Positions 31,349 through 43,000 of a DNA stretch of 64,000 nucleotides are shown piece by piece. The stretch comes from an uncultured delta proteobacterium (GTDB lineage Bacteria; Desulfobacterota; WTBG01; CAIYCZ01; CAIRTM01), in NCBI GenBank assembly GCA_963804955.1, contig CAWDSQ010000011.1, positions 32,001 to 96,000 on the forward strand. The letters are read 5' to 3'. The notes beneath the pieces are model-generated. The model worked only from the letters and a program-made list of their open reading frames with translations, had not been told where the DNA came from and searched no databases. The translations under genes were made by a program, and so were the position numbers. How positions within the stretch are numbered: position 1 is the first letter of the stretch; every line of letters begins with the position of its first letter.

Positions 31349-32131
31349 ATGAAAAATAAAATGCAGCAGAGCAACGACACCTCAGAAACATCAAAATTGG
31401 TACGGCGATTCACCTTTGGTCACCGTTCGGCTGTTCGAGTAGCACTCCCGGTACTGCTGGTTGCGGGCAGTGTTTTGATATTTTTTCTGCCGCAATTTCG
31501 CGAGCAGTTCGGCCGAATTCACGAAATAAGCGAGTATTTATGCAGCTTTGGCTGGGCAGCGCCACTTGTATTTACCTTTGCCGTTGCGGGGCTGGTGGCA
31601 GTCGGCGTGCCGCGGCTGCTTTTGTGCCCTATCGGAGGAATGGCGTTCGGATTCTGGCAGGGCCTGCTCTGGGCGCAGCTCGGCACCATGCTGGGCTATT
31701 ATGCAACATTTCTTTTCGTGCACTGGTGCGGCCGGGATTTTATAGTACGCACATGGCCCCGCCTGAGCCGCTATACCAGATTTTCCCGGAAAAACGGCAT
31801 GATTTCCGTGCTGCTCATCAGGCAGTTGCCGATTACCGGTTTTTATGTAAATTTACTGCTTGGCCTTATGCCGCTGAAACATGCCGATTTTCTGCTGGGC
31901 AGCTTTATCGGCATTCTGCCTGCGGCAGTTCCGGCAACACTCGTGGGGTCAGGAGCCACTGCCTTCTCTTCCGGAGAAAGTAAAATATATGCGTTTCTGG
32001 CAATCGCAGGGGGGCTTGCGCTCTGGCTACTGGCAGGCCGCTTGCTGCGTTTGTATCTGAAAAATAAAAAGGCAGAGGATGCGCAAGTACCATCAGTGAA
32101 AGCTGCCGGGTCAATCCCTGTTTCGGAATAA
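31349..32131 (+). CDS. TVP38/TMEM64 (DedA/VTT) family membrane protein
   Basis: GGMAFGFWQG..GTMLG..F, LLIRQLP, NLLLG..FLLGSFIGILP. Confidence 0.85.
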   Translation: MKNKMQQSNDTSETSKLVRRFTFGHRSAVRVALPVLLVAGSVLIFFLPQFREQFGRIHEISEYLCSFGWAAPLVFTFAVAGLVAVGVPRLLLCPIGGMAFGFWQGLLWAQLGTMLGYYATFLFVHWCGRDFIVRTWPRLSRYTRFSRKNGMISVLLIRQLPITGFYVNLLLGLMPLKHADFLLGSFIGILPAAVPATLVGSGATAFSSGESKIYAFLAIAGGLALWLLAGRLLRLYLKNKKAEDAQVPSVKAAGSIPVSE

Positions 32132-32336
32132 TTAAAAGCGCGTTGCCGGCGGCTTTCGCTGACGACTCTCCGCCCAGAGACGGACCCCTCTCTGCTCCTC
32201 CTCCGTGACCGCCTCCACCCAGCGCCTTGTGCTAAAGGCAAAAGCCGTATTGCCATAAATCGCAGACTCCTGTATACTCTTAATCTTTTTTAAATTGTGG
32301 ATACAGAGTCCGTGTTTCAAGTGAAAGGAGTTTCAA

Positions 32337-33166
32337 ATGTCTGAAGTCGTGCGCTACGACAATCTTATGCAGTATCTGCTGCGCAAAAACGGCAACTACC
32401 TGTTCAAGGTGCCGTTCCGGGGCGGCTGGGCAGTGCTCAAGAACTACCAGGGCTCGCGCAGCCAGTTCGCCTATATGAAAAAAAGCGTCACCAACATACT
32501 TTACTACAACCAGACCTCGTTCATGCCCAAGGGGCGTCTGAAAACCGAGCTTGCCTGCATGCGCCTGTGGCGCGAGGCGGGAGTCAGGGTCTTTGACATT
32601 TATGACGGTGTGGTCGTCGAAGGCCTGCGGAGGGCTTTTACGCCATGTTCGAGTATGTGGACCGGCCGAAGTTTATCATGTACTTTGCCGACAAGAGCGT
32701 GCCGCTGGAAGAAAAGCTCGAGGTCTGGCGCAGGTTTCTGCCGGTCTGGCACCGGCGGCTGGCCCTGGCAATCGAGCGCCGGGAGGCGCGCCTCATTCAC
32801 GAAAACGGCGACATGAAGCATGTGATGATCATGCCCGACGGCGGTTTTCTGTTTTTTGATTTTGAAATGGCCTATCGCTCCCCCAACCGCGTGCCCGAGT
32901 TTGTGGCCCATGAGATCCTTGCCTATCTCAAATCGCTGTGCAAAACCGTGGGCCGCGACCAGTGGCCCATTTTCCTGAAAGAAACGGCCCTGCACTTCCC
33001 CGATAAAAAGCTGCTTCGAAGCGCCTATGAGTTTCAGTTCGAGCATCCCAATCCCGCTCTGCGCGTGCTCAGGCTGCTTGACCGTCTGCTGCGGCTGAAA
33101 AACAGGAAATATTTTTCCAAATACAATGTGGCGCGCCGCCTGCGCGATATTATTGATGCAGTCTGA
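32337..33166 (+). CDS. Atypical protein-kinase-like fold protein (Kdo/WaaP/InaA-like; frameshift near 32625)
   Basis: AVLKNY, KTELAC..W, MFEYV, IHENGDMKH, FFDFE. Confidence 0.55.
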
Positions 33167-34083
33167 AAGTTCCCGCTTCGACAAGGCCCACCACGTTTCT
33201 GGGCATGCAGGCCGAGGTGCTTGCCGTGAGCAAGCGGGGCGACGGCACACACCGCGTGCTGAAAGTGGACTTTCAGGGCACGCCTGTCGTGCGTAAAGTG
33301 CTATGGCCTGAAGGGCAGCCGCCTGCAGGCCCTGTCGCGCCAGTTCGGCTCGCGGCTGCTGCTCGGGAAATCGACCTATACGGCCCGGGGCCGCTATGCC
33401 ACCGAGCGGGCCGTGCTTGAGCTGTGGCGGCGTGAAGGATTTGATACACCACGGGTGCTCGATATCCCCGAGCTTGCCGGGGTTGGGCAGCCCTGTCTTG
33501 CCATGGAGTTCGTGCCCGGTGAGCTCATGTCAAAGCTCATTCGCTCCAGCTGATGAGCCGCTTGCCAGAAAAAAAGAGCTGGTGGCCCGTTTTGCAGAAA
33601 CCGCGGGACGCCGCCATGCCGAGCCCTCGAGCTGTCTGAGCCCGGCCTGATTTTCAAACATCCCACCTTCAGCCATATCATTGTGAACGGTGAGCGCCTC
33701 GTGCATTTTGATTTCGAGCAGGCCCTGACCCATACAAGCGGCATAGAGCGCTATATCCGCCATGAAATAGCAGGCTTTCTACATGCTCTGCCGCGTGCGG
33801 ATAGGGCCCTGTTTGCGGAACTTTTTTACCGCATTCAGCGCGAGCTATCCGGACCGGCAGCGCTTTGATCTGGTCATCGCCGAGCTGCAGCGCTTCGGCA
33901 CCGTGCCGCTTGCTTCGTGGCTTGAGCCGTTCGGCGGGCTTTTTCTGCGCTTCAAGCGCTATGAAAAGATGGCAAAGCTCGCGCGCTCTTTTGCGGCAGC
34001 GCCTCCTGCCGGAACGACGACTGCAGGCTGACCCGCTTGCATGGCCGCAGCGCTTCATTCATCCCTGGCGTCTTAATCATTGA
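33156..34083 (+). CDS. Second kinase-like paralog (multiple frameshifts, ends approximate)
   Basis: KCYG, ATERAVLELWRREGFDTP, AMEFV, FKHPTFSH, VHFDFE..HEIAGFL parallel the upstream gene. Confidence 0.5.
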
Positions 34084-34092
34084 GGACAGACA

Positions 34093-34476
34093 ATGCATAT
34101 AACCCGCTTTGATGCACACACCTATGTCCCCGCAAGCCACGAGGATTCTGTTGATCCCGGCGTCTGGAAGAAAGTGCTTTTCAGCCGGGCCGACAGTATC
34201 AGCGGCAGCGTTCAGATGATCAATTGGGCACATCTTCCCGCAGGCAGGATATTCCGGGGCCACTATCATGAAGACATGCAGGAGATTTTCATTATCGTAA
34301 AGGGGCGGCCGCGCATTACCATTGACAATGAGACAGCCGAGCTTGGGCCCGGCGACGGAGTTGTTATACCCGAAGGCGCGGTGCATGTCATGGAGGCCCC
34401 CTCCGGTCTGGAGGATGTGGAGTATATAGCTTTGGGGATTTCCCGGGGTGCGGGCGGCAAAACGATTACTGTATAA
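34093..34476 (+). CDS. Cupin domain protein
   Basis: GHYHEDMQEIF..G, PGDGVVIPEGAVH. Confidence 0.88.
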   Translation: MHITRFDAHTYVPASHEDSVDPGVWKKVLFSRADSISGSVQMINWAHLPAGRIFRGHYHEDMQEIFIIVKGRPRITIDNETAELGPGDGVVIPEGAVHVMEAPSGLEDVEYIALGISRGAGGKTITV

Positions 34477-34507
34477 AAAAAGACGGTGTTGACACCGTCT
34501 TTTTTTA
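34475..34507. terminator. Bidirectional intrinsic terminator
   Basis: aaaaaagacggtg-ttga-caccgtctttttt between convergent genes. Confidence 0.8.
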
Positions 34508-34531
34508 TACTCCAGTTCAGACGCATTGCCT

Positions 34532-35358
34532 TCAGACAATGGTTTTTTTTGTCAGCTGGTTTAGAACCTGCCACATTTTTTCCGGCGTTTTGCAGTCAAG
34601 CAGCTTTTCCCGCGCGGGCGCTTCGCGGAATGCCTCCATGAGGCCCGTGATGAGCTGCAGGTAGAACGCGCTTGCCGCAAGGGGAATCACCATGAAGAAA
34701 AAAATGCGGGTAAGATGTTTTTTTGGGTGCGCCGAAAGCAATGCCGTCTTTCTTGAGGCCGCAGGCCAGAATGAGCCCTCCGCCTTCAACGCCGCGCACA
34801 TGCGGGAAGGCAAGGCCGTGCTCGATAGCCGTCGGCACGATTGATTCGCGGCTCAGCGCCACCTCCAGAAGCCGGTCAGGCTCTTCAATATAGCCTTGCG
34901 CAGCCAGAAGCTGCGTCATCTCGGCAAGCACCTCCTGGCGGTCTTTTCCGGCAAGCTCGGGTATCATGAGACTGCTTGCCGAAAACCGGTCAAGGCCGGC
35001 GCTGGGCTTGGAAACGCGCTTCACCTGCCGGGGCAGGCTGTCGCGGTAATAGATGATGCGGGTGCAGCGGGGGCATTGTATGATTTTTTCCCCCACCTGC
35101 ACTTCATAGGCAAGGATAGTGGGCACAGCCATGCCGCAGCCCGTGCAAATGCCCTTGGCCATGGGCACGACGGCTGTGGCATAATGCTTGATGAGCTTTT
35201 GAAAAAGCTGGGCTATTTCTTTCGGGTATGCCGCCGGTCAGCGACTTTATGGATTCTTCAAGCGTTTGAAGGTGGGTTTCCGTGGTAAGGGCCTTCTGTT
35301 CTGCAAGGGTGAAGCTCAGGTCCTGCAGCTGTATCAGTTGATTCATTATTTGCTTCAT
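34532..35358 (-). CDS. C4 zinc-ribbon (DUF164-like) fused to PTS EIIA(Ntr/Fru) domain (frameshifts)
   Basis: LIQLQDL..AVVP..GICTGC..IIQCPRCTRII; RESIVPTAIEHGLAFPHVR. Confidence 0.8.
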
Positions 35359-35457
35359 GCGCGGGCGTCTCCGTGATAAAAGGTGGTTAGAGAGGTGTGA
35401 AATGCTTACTCTTATATCTATAGGAAAATCGGGATTTTTTCAAGAGGAATCGCCCGT

Positions 35458-36425
35458 ATGACCCTGGCAACAACTCCTCGACCATACCCGTTACTGCCGT
35501 TGATTCTCATGACAGGGCTTTTGTCGTCACGTTCGGCAGAGCCTGCGGCGGGCTTGTCAGCTCAATTCAGGAGGCGGGGCTCATCAACCCGCCGGTGCTG
35601 GCAGCACAGCCTGGAAAGCCAACATACCGCATTGTCTGCGGTTTTTTGCGCGTGCAGGCCCTGCAGCAGCTGGGCTTCGCCGGAGTTTCCGGCGCGCGTT
35701 ATACAGCCGGGCGCAACAGATGCTGAAATGCTTGCCTGGGCGCTGCATGATAATCTCGGTTCACCGGGCTTTTAATCCGGTTGAGCAGGCAGGGGCCATT
35801 GCTCGGCTTTTATGCTATCTTGCCGGAAAATGAGGTGGTGGGCCGGTGGCTGCCGCTGCTGGGGCTGCCGCCGACCATGAAAGCTCTTGATACGTGTCTG
35901 CGCATCGACGGGCTTGAGCATGAGCTGAAAGAAGCCCTTGCAGCCGGCCTGCTGTCCGGCCACAGCGCCGCAGAGCTTGCTGCGCTGCCGGCTGATGACC
36001 GGCTGGCTTTATATAATCTTTTCACCTCCGTGCATCTGAGCGTCAGCAAGCAGGCCGAGAGTCATTGAAAGCTGCGTTGATCTTGCCCGGCGAGACACTA
36101 TGACCATATGCGGCATATCTTCAGTGCTGCAGGGATTCAGGCAATTCTTGCAGCCCCGAATCCCAATCTGTCGCAGAAAGGAGAGCAGGTCCGGGCATGG
36201 CTCAGGAGCTGCCGCTTTCCCCGGCTTACCCGCCGGGAAGAGCGCTTTACCGCCCTTGCAAAAAAGCTGCCCCATGCAGGCGGCGTTCGTCTGGTGCCGC
36301 CGCCGTCATTTGAAGGCGGCACCTATCGCATCGAGATAGCTTTTTCGCGGCAGGAAGCGCTTGCAGCTGCAGCCCGAACCGTCCAGTCGCTTGCTGACGA
36401 CGAATCCCTGCGCGCAGGTGCTTGA
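35458..36425 (+). CDS. ParB/Srx N-terminal domain protein (multiple frameshifts)
   Basis: Manual translation SIQEAGLINPPVL..YRIVCGFLRVQAL; FNPVEQA; PPPSFEG. Confidence 0.7.
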
Positions 36426-36434
36426 GGACGGGCA

Positions 36435-37542
36435 GTGACGCTGTTTACACCAGAGCATATTTATGTTGAACAAGAGGCGGCCGATTTACCGCTTGCCCGG
36501 CAGGTGATCGAGCGCTGCCCGGGCGTGCCTGTCGAAGTCGTGCCATCGGCAAAGGAGCTTATCGCCACACTTCAGAAGCAGCGGGAAGAGGCGGTGCGGG
36601 GGAAAAAGAAGCTGCTGCTCTGCCGCAACCGGGGCCGGTTTCTCGATGCCTGCCCGGGCACGCAGAACTACCGCTGCTGCGGCTATTGGGTTTTGACGCC
36701 GGGCGCCGGCTGCCCGCTTGACTGCACGTACTGCGTGCTGCAGGCCTATCTGAACAATCCTCTCATCACCCTGTATGCCAATCTGCAGGATATGCTTGAT
36801 GAACTCGAAGCAGCCCCTGAGTTGCTCAGTGGCGCCATCAGGCGCATCGGCACGGGCGAGTTCATGGACAGCATGGCCCTTGAGCATCTTACGGATTTTG
36901 CCTCGTTCGTATCTGCCGTTTTTCCGGTCGCGGCCAGGCCTCGTGCTCGAGCTCAAGACCAAAACCGTGCAGATAGAGCCGCTGCTCAATCTCGACCACG
37001 GCGGCTCATATATAATTTCCTGGTCGCTGAACACCGCTGGTATTGTTGCAGCCGAAGAGCATGGCGCGGCCGGTCTTGACGAGCGCATAGCGGCAGCCAA
37101 AAAAGTTATTGAAAAGGGCTACCGGGTCGGGTTTCACTTCGACCCGATGATTTATCATGAGGGCTGGGAGCAGGGCTACCGGGCCGTGGTGGAGATGCTT
37201 GCGGAAAATATACCACCGGAGTCTATCGCCTGGGTGAGCATCGGGGCCCTGCGGTTCATGCCGCAGCTTAAAAACATTGCCCAACGGCGGTTTCCCGGCA
37301 CGCGTATTTATACCGGCGAGTTCCTGCCCGGCTTTGACGGCAAAATGCGCTATCTGCAGGAGATCCGCCTTGAGATGTTTAAAAAAATGGCCGGCTGGTT
37401 TAAAGACCTGCTGCCCGGGGTGTTTGTTTACTTCTGCATGGAAAATGAGCTTTCCTGGAATAAATCTTTCGGCTGTTTCCCCGCTTCAAACGCCGCGCTG
37501 AAAAACCTTCTCGATCAGCGGCTAGAGCATTTTTCTAAATAG
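36435..37542 (+). CDS. Spore photoproduct lyase-family radical SAM protein (frameshift near 36910)
   Basis: CPGT..YRCC, GCPLDCTYCVLQ, RIGTGEFMDS, ELKTK, GFHFDP, YFCME. Confidence 0.85.
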
Positions 37543-37555
37543 TGTAGCCCTATTG

Positions 37556-37644
37556 TCATTTCGAATCCCGCAGCAGGCGGGATGAGAAATCTTAACACCT
37601 TGATTATACTTTAGCCTAAGATCTCTCCCTGCGGTCGAGATGAC
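37556..37644. repeat. CGTC-type REP pair, stand-alone copy of the element B core
   Basis: gtcatttcgaatcccgcagcaggcgggatgagaaatc ... gatctctccctgcggtcgagatgac. Confidence 0.75.
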
Positions 37645-37789
37645 AGATAGGTAGACCGTCTATAGTAAAAAGAAAAATGCTCTAAGGTTAAATGATTCAA
37701 CATTCAAGATTCCGGATTCATGATTGCAGGGGCGTTCAGCGAACGCACTGTTTGCTGTCGAGCAGCATCGCCCGCCGCGCCCTTGTAAA

Positions 37790-37948
37790 TTGGAATCATC
37801 CGAAGGGAAAAACTCTGGTTTGCTGACAGATTCAGTTGTGATGACCGATAATCCGGCAGCCATCACCGATCTTGCCATAGACCGCGTGATTGGCAAACTG
37901 CCGATGAAGACAATTAACAAAGCCTTAAAATATACGCTCGGCTTGTAG
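37790..37948 (+). pseudogene. C-terminal remnant of a PemK/MazF toxin
   Basis: SGLLTDSVVMTDN...IDRVIGKL..INKALKYTLGL; N-terminal K.RP strand not found. Confidence 0.55.
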
Positions 37949-38094
37949 ATCGAAACCCCGGCCGACTACTTCATTACGTTTTCTTCTAAAGCACCTTAAG
38001 CATACACAAAAAGGCAGGCTCTCTGCAGAACCGGCCTTTTTGTTTATTTCAAGGATTCTGATACTCTAATCGCTATCGACGAAGATTCCGCAGG

Positions 38095-39929
38095 TTATTC
38101 CGGCGTATAAAAAACGCCCAGCAGGTCTTCAGTCTGCGATTTTGGAACCAGGCTTGCATCCGTGCTCTGCACCCTGAACTGATAATACATGCCTGCTTCA
38201 AGCGGCTGTGCCGGAGTTGTACATGTTCCGTCTCCGTAAGTATAGATGACGTTGGCTCCGCCTGTATGTTCCGGAATTTCACAATCCAGAACCTTTTCAC
38301 CGAAGGCATTGTATACGACAATCAAATAATGCTTTTCGCTTGAATCATCCTTCCAAACCAGCTGCAGGCTGGCGGGATCAATCAGCTCAGGTTCGGTTGC
38401 GCCGGGAGAAACAATGTCGAGGGCCCCTGTCACCTTAAATGAGGTCGGCAGGCTTATGTAGTAGGATGAAGTGGCATTGTCAGGCACATGCTGGTAGACG
38501 AGATTTGTTCCGCCTATGGAGGTGTCAGGGTCGCGCACCAGGAAATCATTCTCAAAGGCCGCAAGCACCACATAGTAGCCGTCGGGAACGCCTGTAATCT
38601 CAAAAGCCCCCTTGATGCTGGGGGTGCGGGCTGCTTGGGCGCACGCAAGCCCGGCGGAACCTCGCCCTTCACAAAAGTCGAGCTGAAGGTCGATACGGGA
38701 ACCAGCACGACCGTGGTATTGTCGCCGTCGCCGGGGTTGACGATATTGACGCTGCCGTTTACCGTGCCATAGGCCTTGTCATTTTCCACAAGCGAAACGC
38801 CGGTGAGGTTTTCGCTTGTAGTATGCGTTACCTCAGCCGGGGTAAGCTGCAGGAACTCTTTGTAGCCGCGGATTGTCCATGAGCCTGCCGGCACATTGAA
38901 AATGGTATAGCCGCCCTGCTTGTCGCTGAAGGTAAACGGACAGGTCAGCCCGCAGAGCCCGCCTTCTGCAACCACAAGTGTGCCGCCGGGGTGAGTGCTG
39001 TTGTCGCCGGCAAGAATAATGGAGCCTGAAATGCTCTTTCTGCCGGTTTCATTATCGGGAAGCTTGATCAAAGCAATATCGGTCGAAGCATTCTTAAGTA
39101 CATAGGTGCCGTTATCAAGCTGTGTTGCCTGCGTTGCATCAACAGGGATCGCCGGGCGTATGCCTGAAGGGTAGGGCTGATAATCATTTGCCTCGGCGCG
39201 CAGCGTCAGGGTGCCTTCAACCAGGGAGCCATTGTCACCACGCTCAACCGGCACCTGTAGCTTGTAGGTGCCATTGTCACCTGTTATGGCAACATCGGTT
39301 GCCACTGCGCCGGTCTTGTCCTTGGCAGCCACATGGGCGCTGACGATACCCAGGTTTTTGTCTGTCGAGTTAAAGACCCTGCCTTCAACATACACCGCGC
39401 TGTAGCAGGCATAGCCGCCGTCAGGGCCAAGCTCACAGGACTCGCCGGCGCCGCAGCCTTCGCTGCTGTAGGGATCACAACCCGGCATGCAGACGCCGGA
39501 GCCGTCTCCCAGATCCAGGCAGTACTCAGCCTGCCCGCATGACGCAGGGCCCGCCGCAGGATCGCATTCGGGCCTGCAGAGATTTTCTCCATCGGCTGCC
39601 ACGGGTGCGCAGAGCCAGCCGTCGGCACAGGAGCGCGGAAACCTCCTGTCAGGATTACAGGCGGGCGCGCAGGCGGACTGCCCTGCACCAAAACGGAAGC
39701 AGGTCTCATTTCTGCCGCAGGCGTCTGCGGCGCCGGTGTCGCACTCGTCCAGGCAGACGGTTGTCCTGCGGCCGATGTCCTGGCAGACCTTCCCTTCAGG
39801 GCAGGGTTTATCTTCAGTACAGCGCTTGTACCATTTTCCGCAGGCCGGCAGTATGGAAACAAGGGCTGTGGCGATCAGAAGGATAAGTATACGGCTGGCA
39901 GATTTTTTCATGGTTTTTGTATCCTCCAT
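38095..39929 (-). CDS. Cys-rich lipoprotein with carboxypeptidase-regulatory-like/Ig-like beta domains (frameshift near 38610)
   Basis: Lipobox LPAC; repeated C-D-P..C..C modules; VEGRV..TGDNGTY, GGYTIFNVPAGSW. Confidence 0.75.
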
Positions 39930-40024
39930 ATTTTAAAAGTAGTTTGATAAATTATAACTATAAAATTTGGGATATTTGTATGCAAAGTGCAATGTAAAAA
40001 ATTCATGCCCCGCAGCGTCAGGAC

Positions 40025-40064
40025 AAAAAAAGCGGGGATGACCTGCGTTAAAAGGTCATCCCCG
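40025..40064 (-). terminator. Intrinsic terminator after nrdJ
   Basis: gcggggatgacct/aggtcatccccgc stem with an A tract on the plus strand. Confidence 0.75.
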
Positions 40065-40086
40065 CCAGAGCAAACAAGACTTTTTA

Positions 40087-43000
40087 TCAGCTGCAGCCCG
40101 TGGTGGCGCCGCAGCTCACGCATTTGAGGCAGGCGCCGTTGCGCACGAGGGTAAACTGCTGGCATGCCGGGCAGGGGTCGCCTTCATAGCCCTTGGTCCG
40201 GGCTTCCCGCACGGTTGAAAGGCTGACGGCTTTTTTAAAGCCAGCTCCCGATGAAATGCTTCTGCCGCCGCCTGCTATGGCTTCAAGCCTTCCGGCATAG
40301 GCCTCCGTGACCTGGGCCACTTCGGCCTCAGGCTTTTTATCCTCCTGCCTGCCGATCGCGTCATGGCGCAGATCTTCGGCATTGATGCCGTGCCCGAGAT
40401 CTGCGCGTCCCAGATAGGTTATGGCAAGCTCCCGGAACAGATAGTCGATGATTGAGGTGGCCATCTTGATGTGGTCATTGCCCGTGACCATGCCGCTGGG
40501 CTCAAACCGGCTGAAAACAAAGGCATCCACGTATTCCTCAAGGGGAACGCCGTACTGCATGCCAAGGCTCACGGCTATGGCAAAGCTGTTCATGAGGCTG
40601 CGGAAGGCCGCGCCTTCCTTGTGCATATCGATAAAAAGCTCGCCGAGCCTGCCGTCATTGTATTCGCCCGTGCGCAGATAGACCTTGTGGCCGCCGACGA
40701 CCGCCTTTTGCGTATAGCCCTTGCGGCGGTTGGGAAGAGTTTCGCGGGTTGCAAGCGCCCGCTTGGTAATGACGGTTGCAATGCGCATGGCTTTTTCCGC
40801 TGCAGGCAGTGCATGAATGTCCTCAAGCTCGTCAAACAGCTCAAGGGCGGCCGTCAGGGGCTGGCTGAGCTTGGAGCCGTCGCGGTACAGGGCGATGGCC
40901 TTCAGGGCAAGCTTCCAGCTGAGCATATAGGCGTTTTTCACCTCTTCGACCGTGCTGTGATTGGGCATGTTGATGGTCTTGGAGATCGCCCCGGAGACGA
41001 AGGGCTGGCAGGCGGCCATCATGCGGATATGGCCTTCATAATGAATGAAGCGCGTGCCCGTGCGGCCGCAGCGGTTGGCGCAGTCAAACACGGCATAGTG
41101 CTCGTCGCGCAGATACGGCGCGCCCTCAAGCGTCATGGTGCCGCAGACATAGGTGTTGGCCTCCTCTATTTCCTCCTGCGTGAATCCGATGGCCTTGAGA
41201 ATATCGGCGCCGGTTTTTGAAAGCATGTCTTCGGGGATTTTCAGCACGGTTTTTATAAACTCCGACCCCAGCGTCCAGGGGCCGAAGGCATAGGAGATAT
41301 CAAAGGCTGCGGGCAGGGCCGCTTCGATGCGCTCGATCATATCGTCGGTGAAGCCCTTGTCCCGAAGGCTCTGGCGGTTGATGCAGGGCGCGCCCTTGAG
41401 CGTGCCGTGCCCCAGGGCATAGGCCACGATTTCCTGGGTTTCCGTAGTCGCTGTAGCCGAAGCGGCGCAGGGCGCGCGGCACGGACTGGTTGATGATTTT
41501 AAAATTGCCGCCGCCGGCCAGTGTTTTGAATTTCACCAGCGCATAGTCGGGCTCGATGCCCGTGGTGTCGCAGTCCATGACAAGGCCGATAGTGCCCGTG
41601 GGCGCGATGACCGTTACCTGGGCATTGCGGAAACCGTGGCTGCCGCCCTCGGCAAGCGCTTCGTCCCAGACCCTGTGCACTGCTTCAAGAAGTTCTGCCG
41701 GGCAGTCCTGCTGGTCGATGGGCACGGGCGGCGTATGCAGGCCCTCATAGTCTTTAGCGTCCTGGCCGCAGGCGGCGCGGCGGTGATTGCGGATGACGCG
41801 CAGCATGGGCTCGCGGTTTGCTTCAAAGCGGCTGAAGGCCCCAAGGCTTCCGGCTATCTCGGCGCTGGTGCGGTAGGCCTCGCCGGTCATCAGCGACGTG
41901 AGCGCAGCCGACAGGTTTCTGCCTTTGGGGCTGTCATAGGGAATCCCCAGCACCATCAGCAGCGCGCCGAGATTTGCATACCCGAGCCCCAGCGTTCGGT
42001 AGTCGAAGCTGCGGCGGGCAATTTCAGCGCTCGGGTATTGCGCCATGAGCACGCTTATTTCAAGGGTGATGGTCCAGAGGCGCACGGCATGCAGAAACAT
42101 GTCGACATTGATATCGCCTGTTTCATCATCAAGAAATCTCAGAAGGTTCAGGCTTGCCAGATTGCAGGCCGTATCGTCAAGAAACATGTACTCGGAGCAG
42201 GGGTTTGAGGCATTGATGCGGCCGTCTGCCGGGCAGGTGTGCCAGTCATTGATGGTCGTATCAAACTGCATGCCCGGGTCGGCGCACTGCCAGGCAGCCT
42301 CGGCTATCTGCTCCCAGAGCTCCCGGGCGGGAAGTGTTTTTGCCACCGCGCCGTCAGTGCGGCGGGTGAGATGCCAGGGGGCGTCGCTGCCGACGGCATG
42401 CAGAAACTCGTCGCTCACGCGCACGGTATTGTTGGAGTTCTGGCCGCTCACGCTCTGATAGGCCTCGGAGCCCCAGTCGAGCGTGTAGGTGTCGAAATTG
42501 TATCACCGTGTAGCCCTGCCTGGCAAACTGCACGGCCCGGTGAATGTAGTTGTCGGGCACGGCGTCGCGCCGGGCGCCGCGCACGGCCTCGGCAAGGGCG
42601 GGGTTGTGTTTAATGGAAAAGCGGTCTTCCGGCGTCATATCATCGTTCTGGCATGCCTGCATGATGGCATTGAGCCGGCGCTCACATATTATGCTGCCGG
42701 TCATGAGGGCTGCAACCTTCTGCTCCTCTTTTGCCTTCCAGACTATGAATTTTTCAATATCGGGATGATCGACATCAACGATGACCATCTTGGCTGCGCG
42801 GCGCGTGGTGCCGCCGCTTTTGATGGCGGCTGCCGCACGGTCGCCGATTCTTAAAAAGCTCATGAGGCCGCTTGACCTGCCGCCGCCCGACAGCGGCTCT
42901 CCTTCGGCGCGAAGGGGCGAAAAGTTGGTGCCCGTGCCTGAGCCGTATTTGAACAGGCGCGCCTCGCGCACCCACATATCCATAATGCCGCCCTCTTTTA

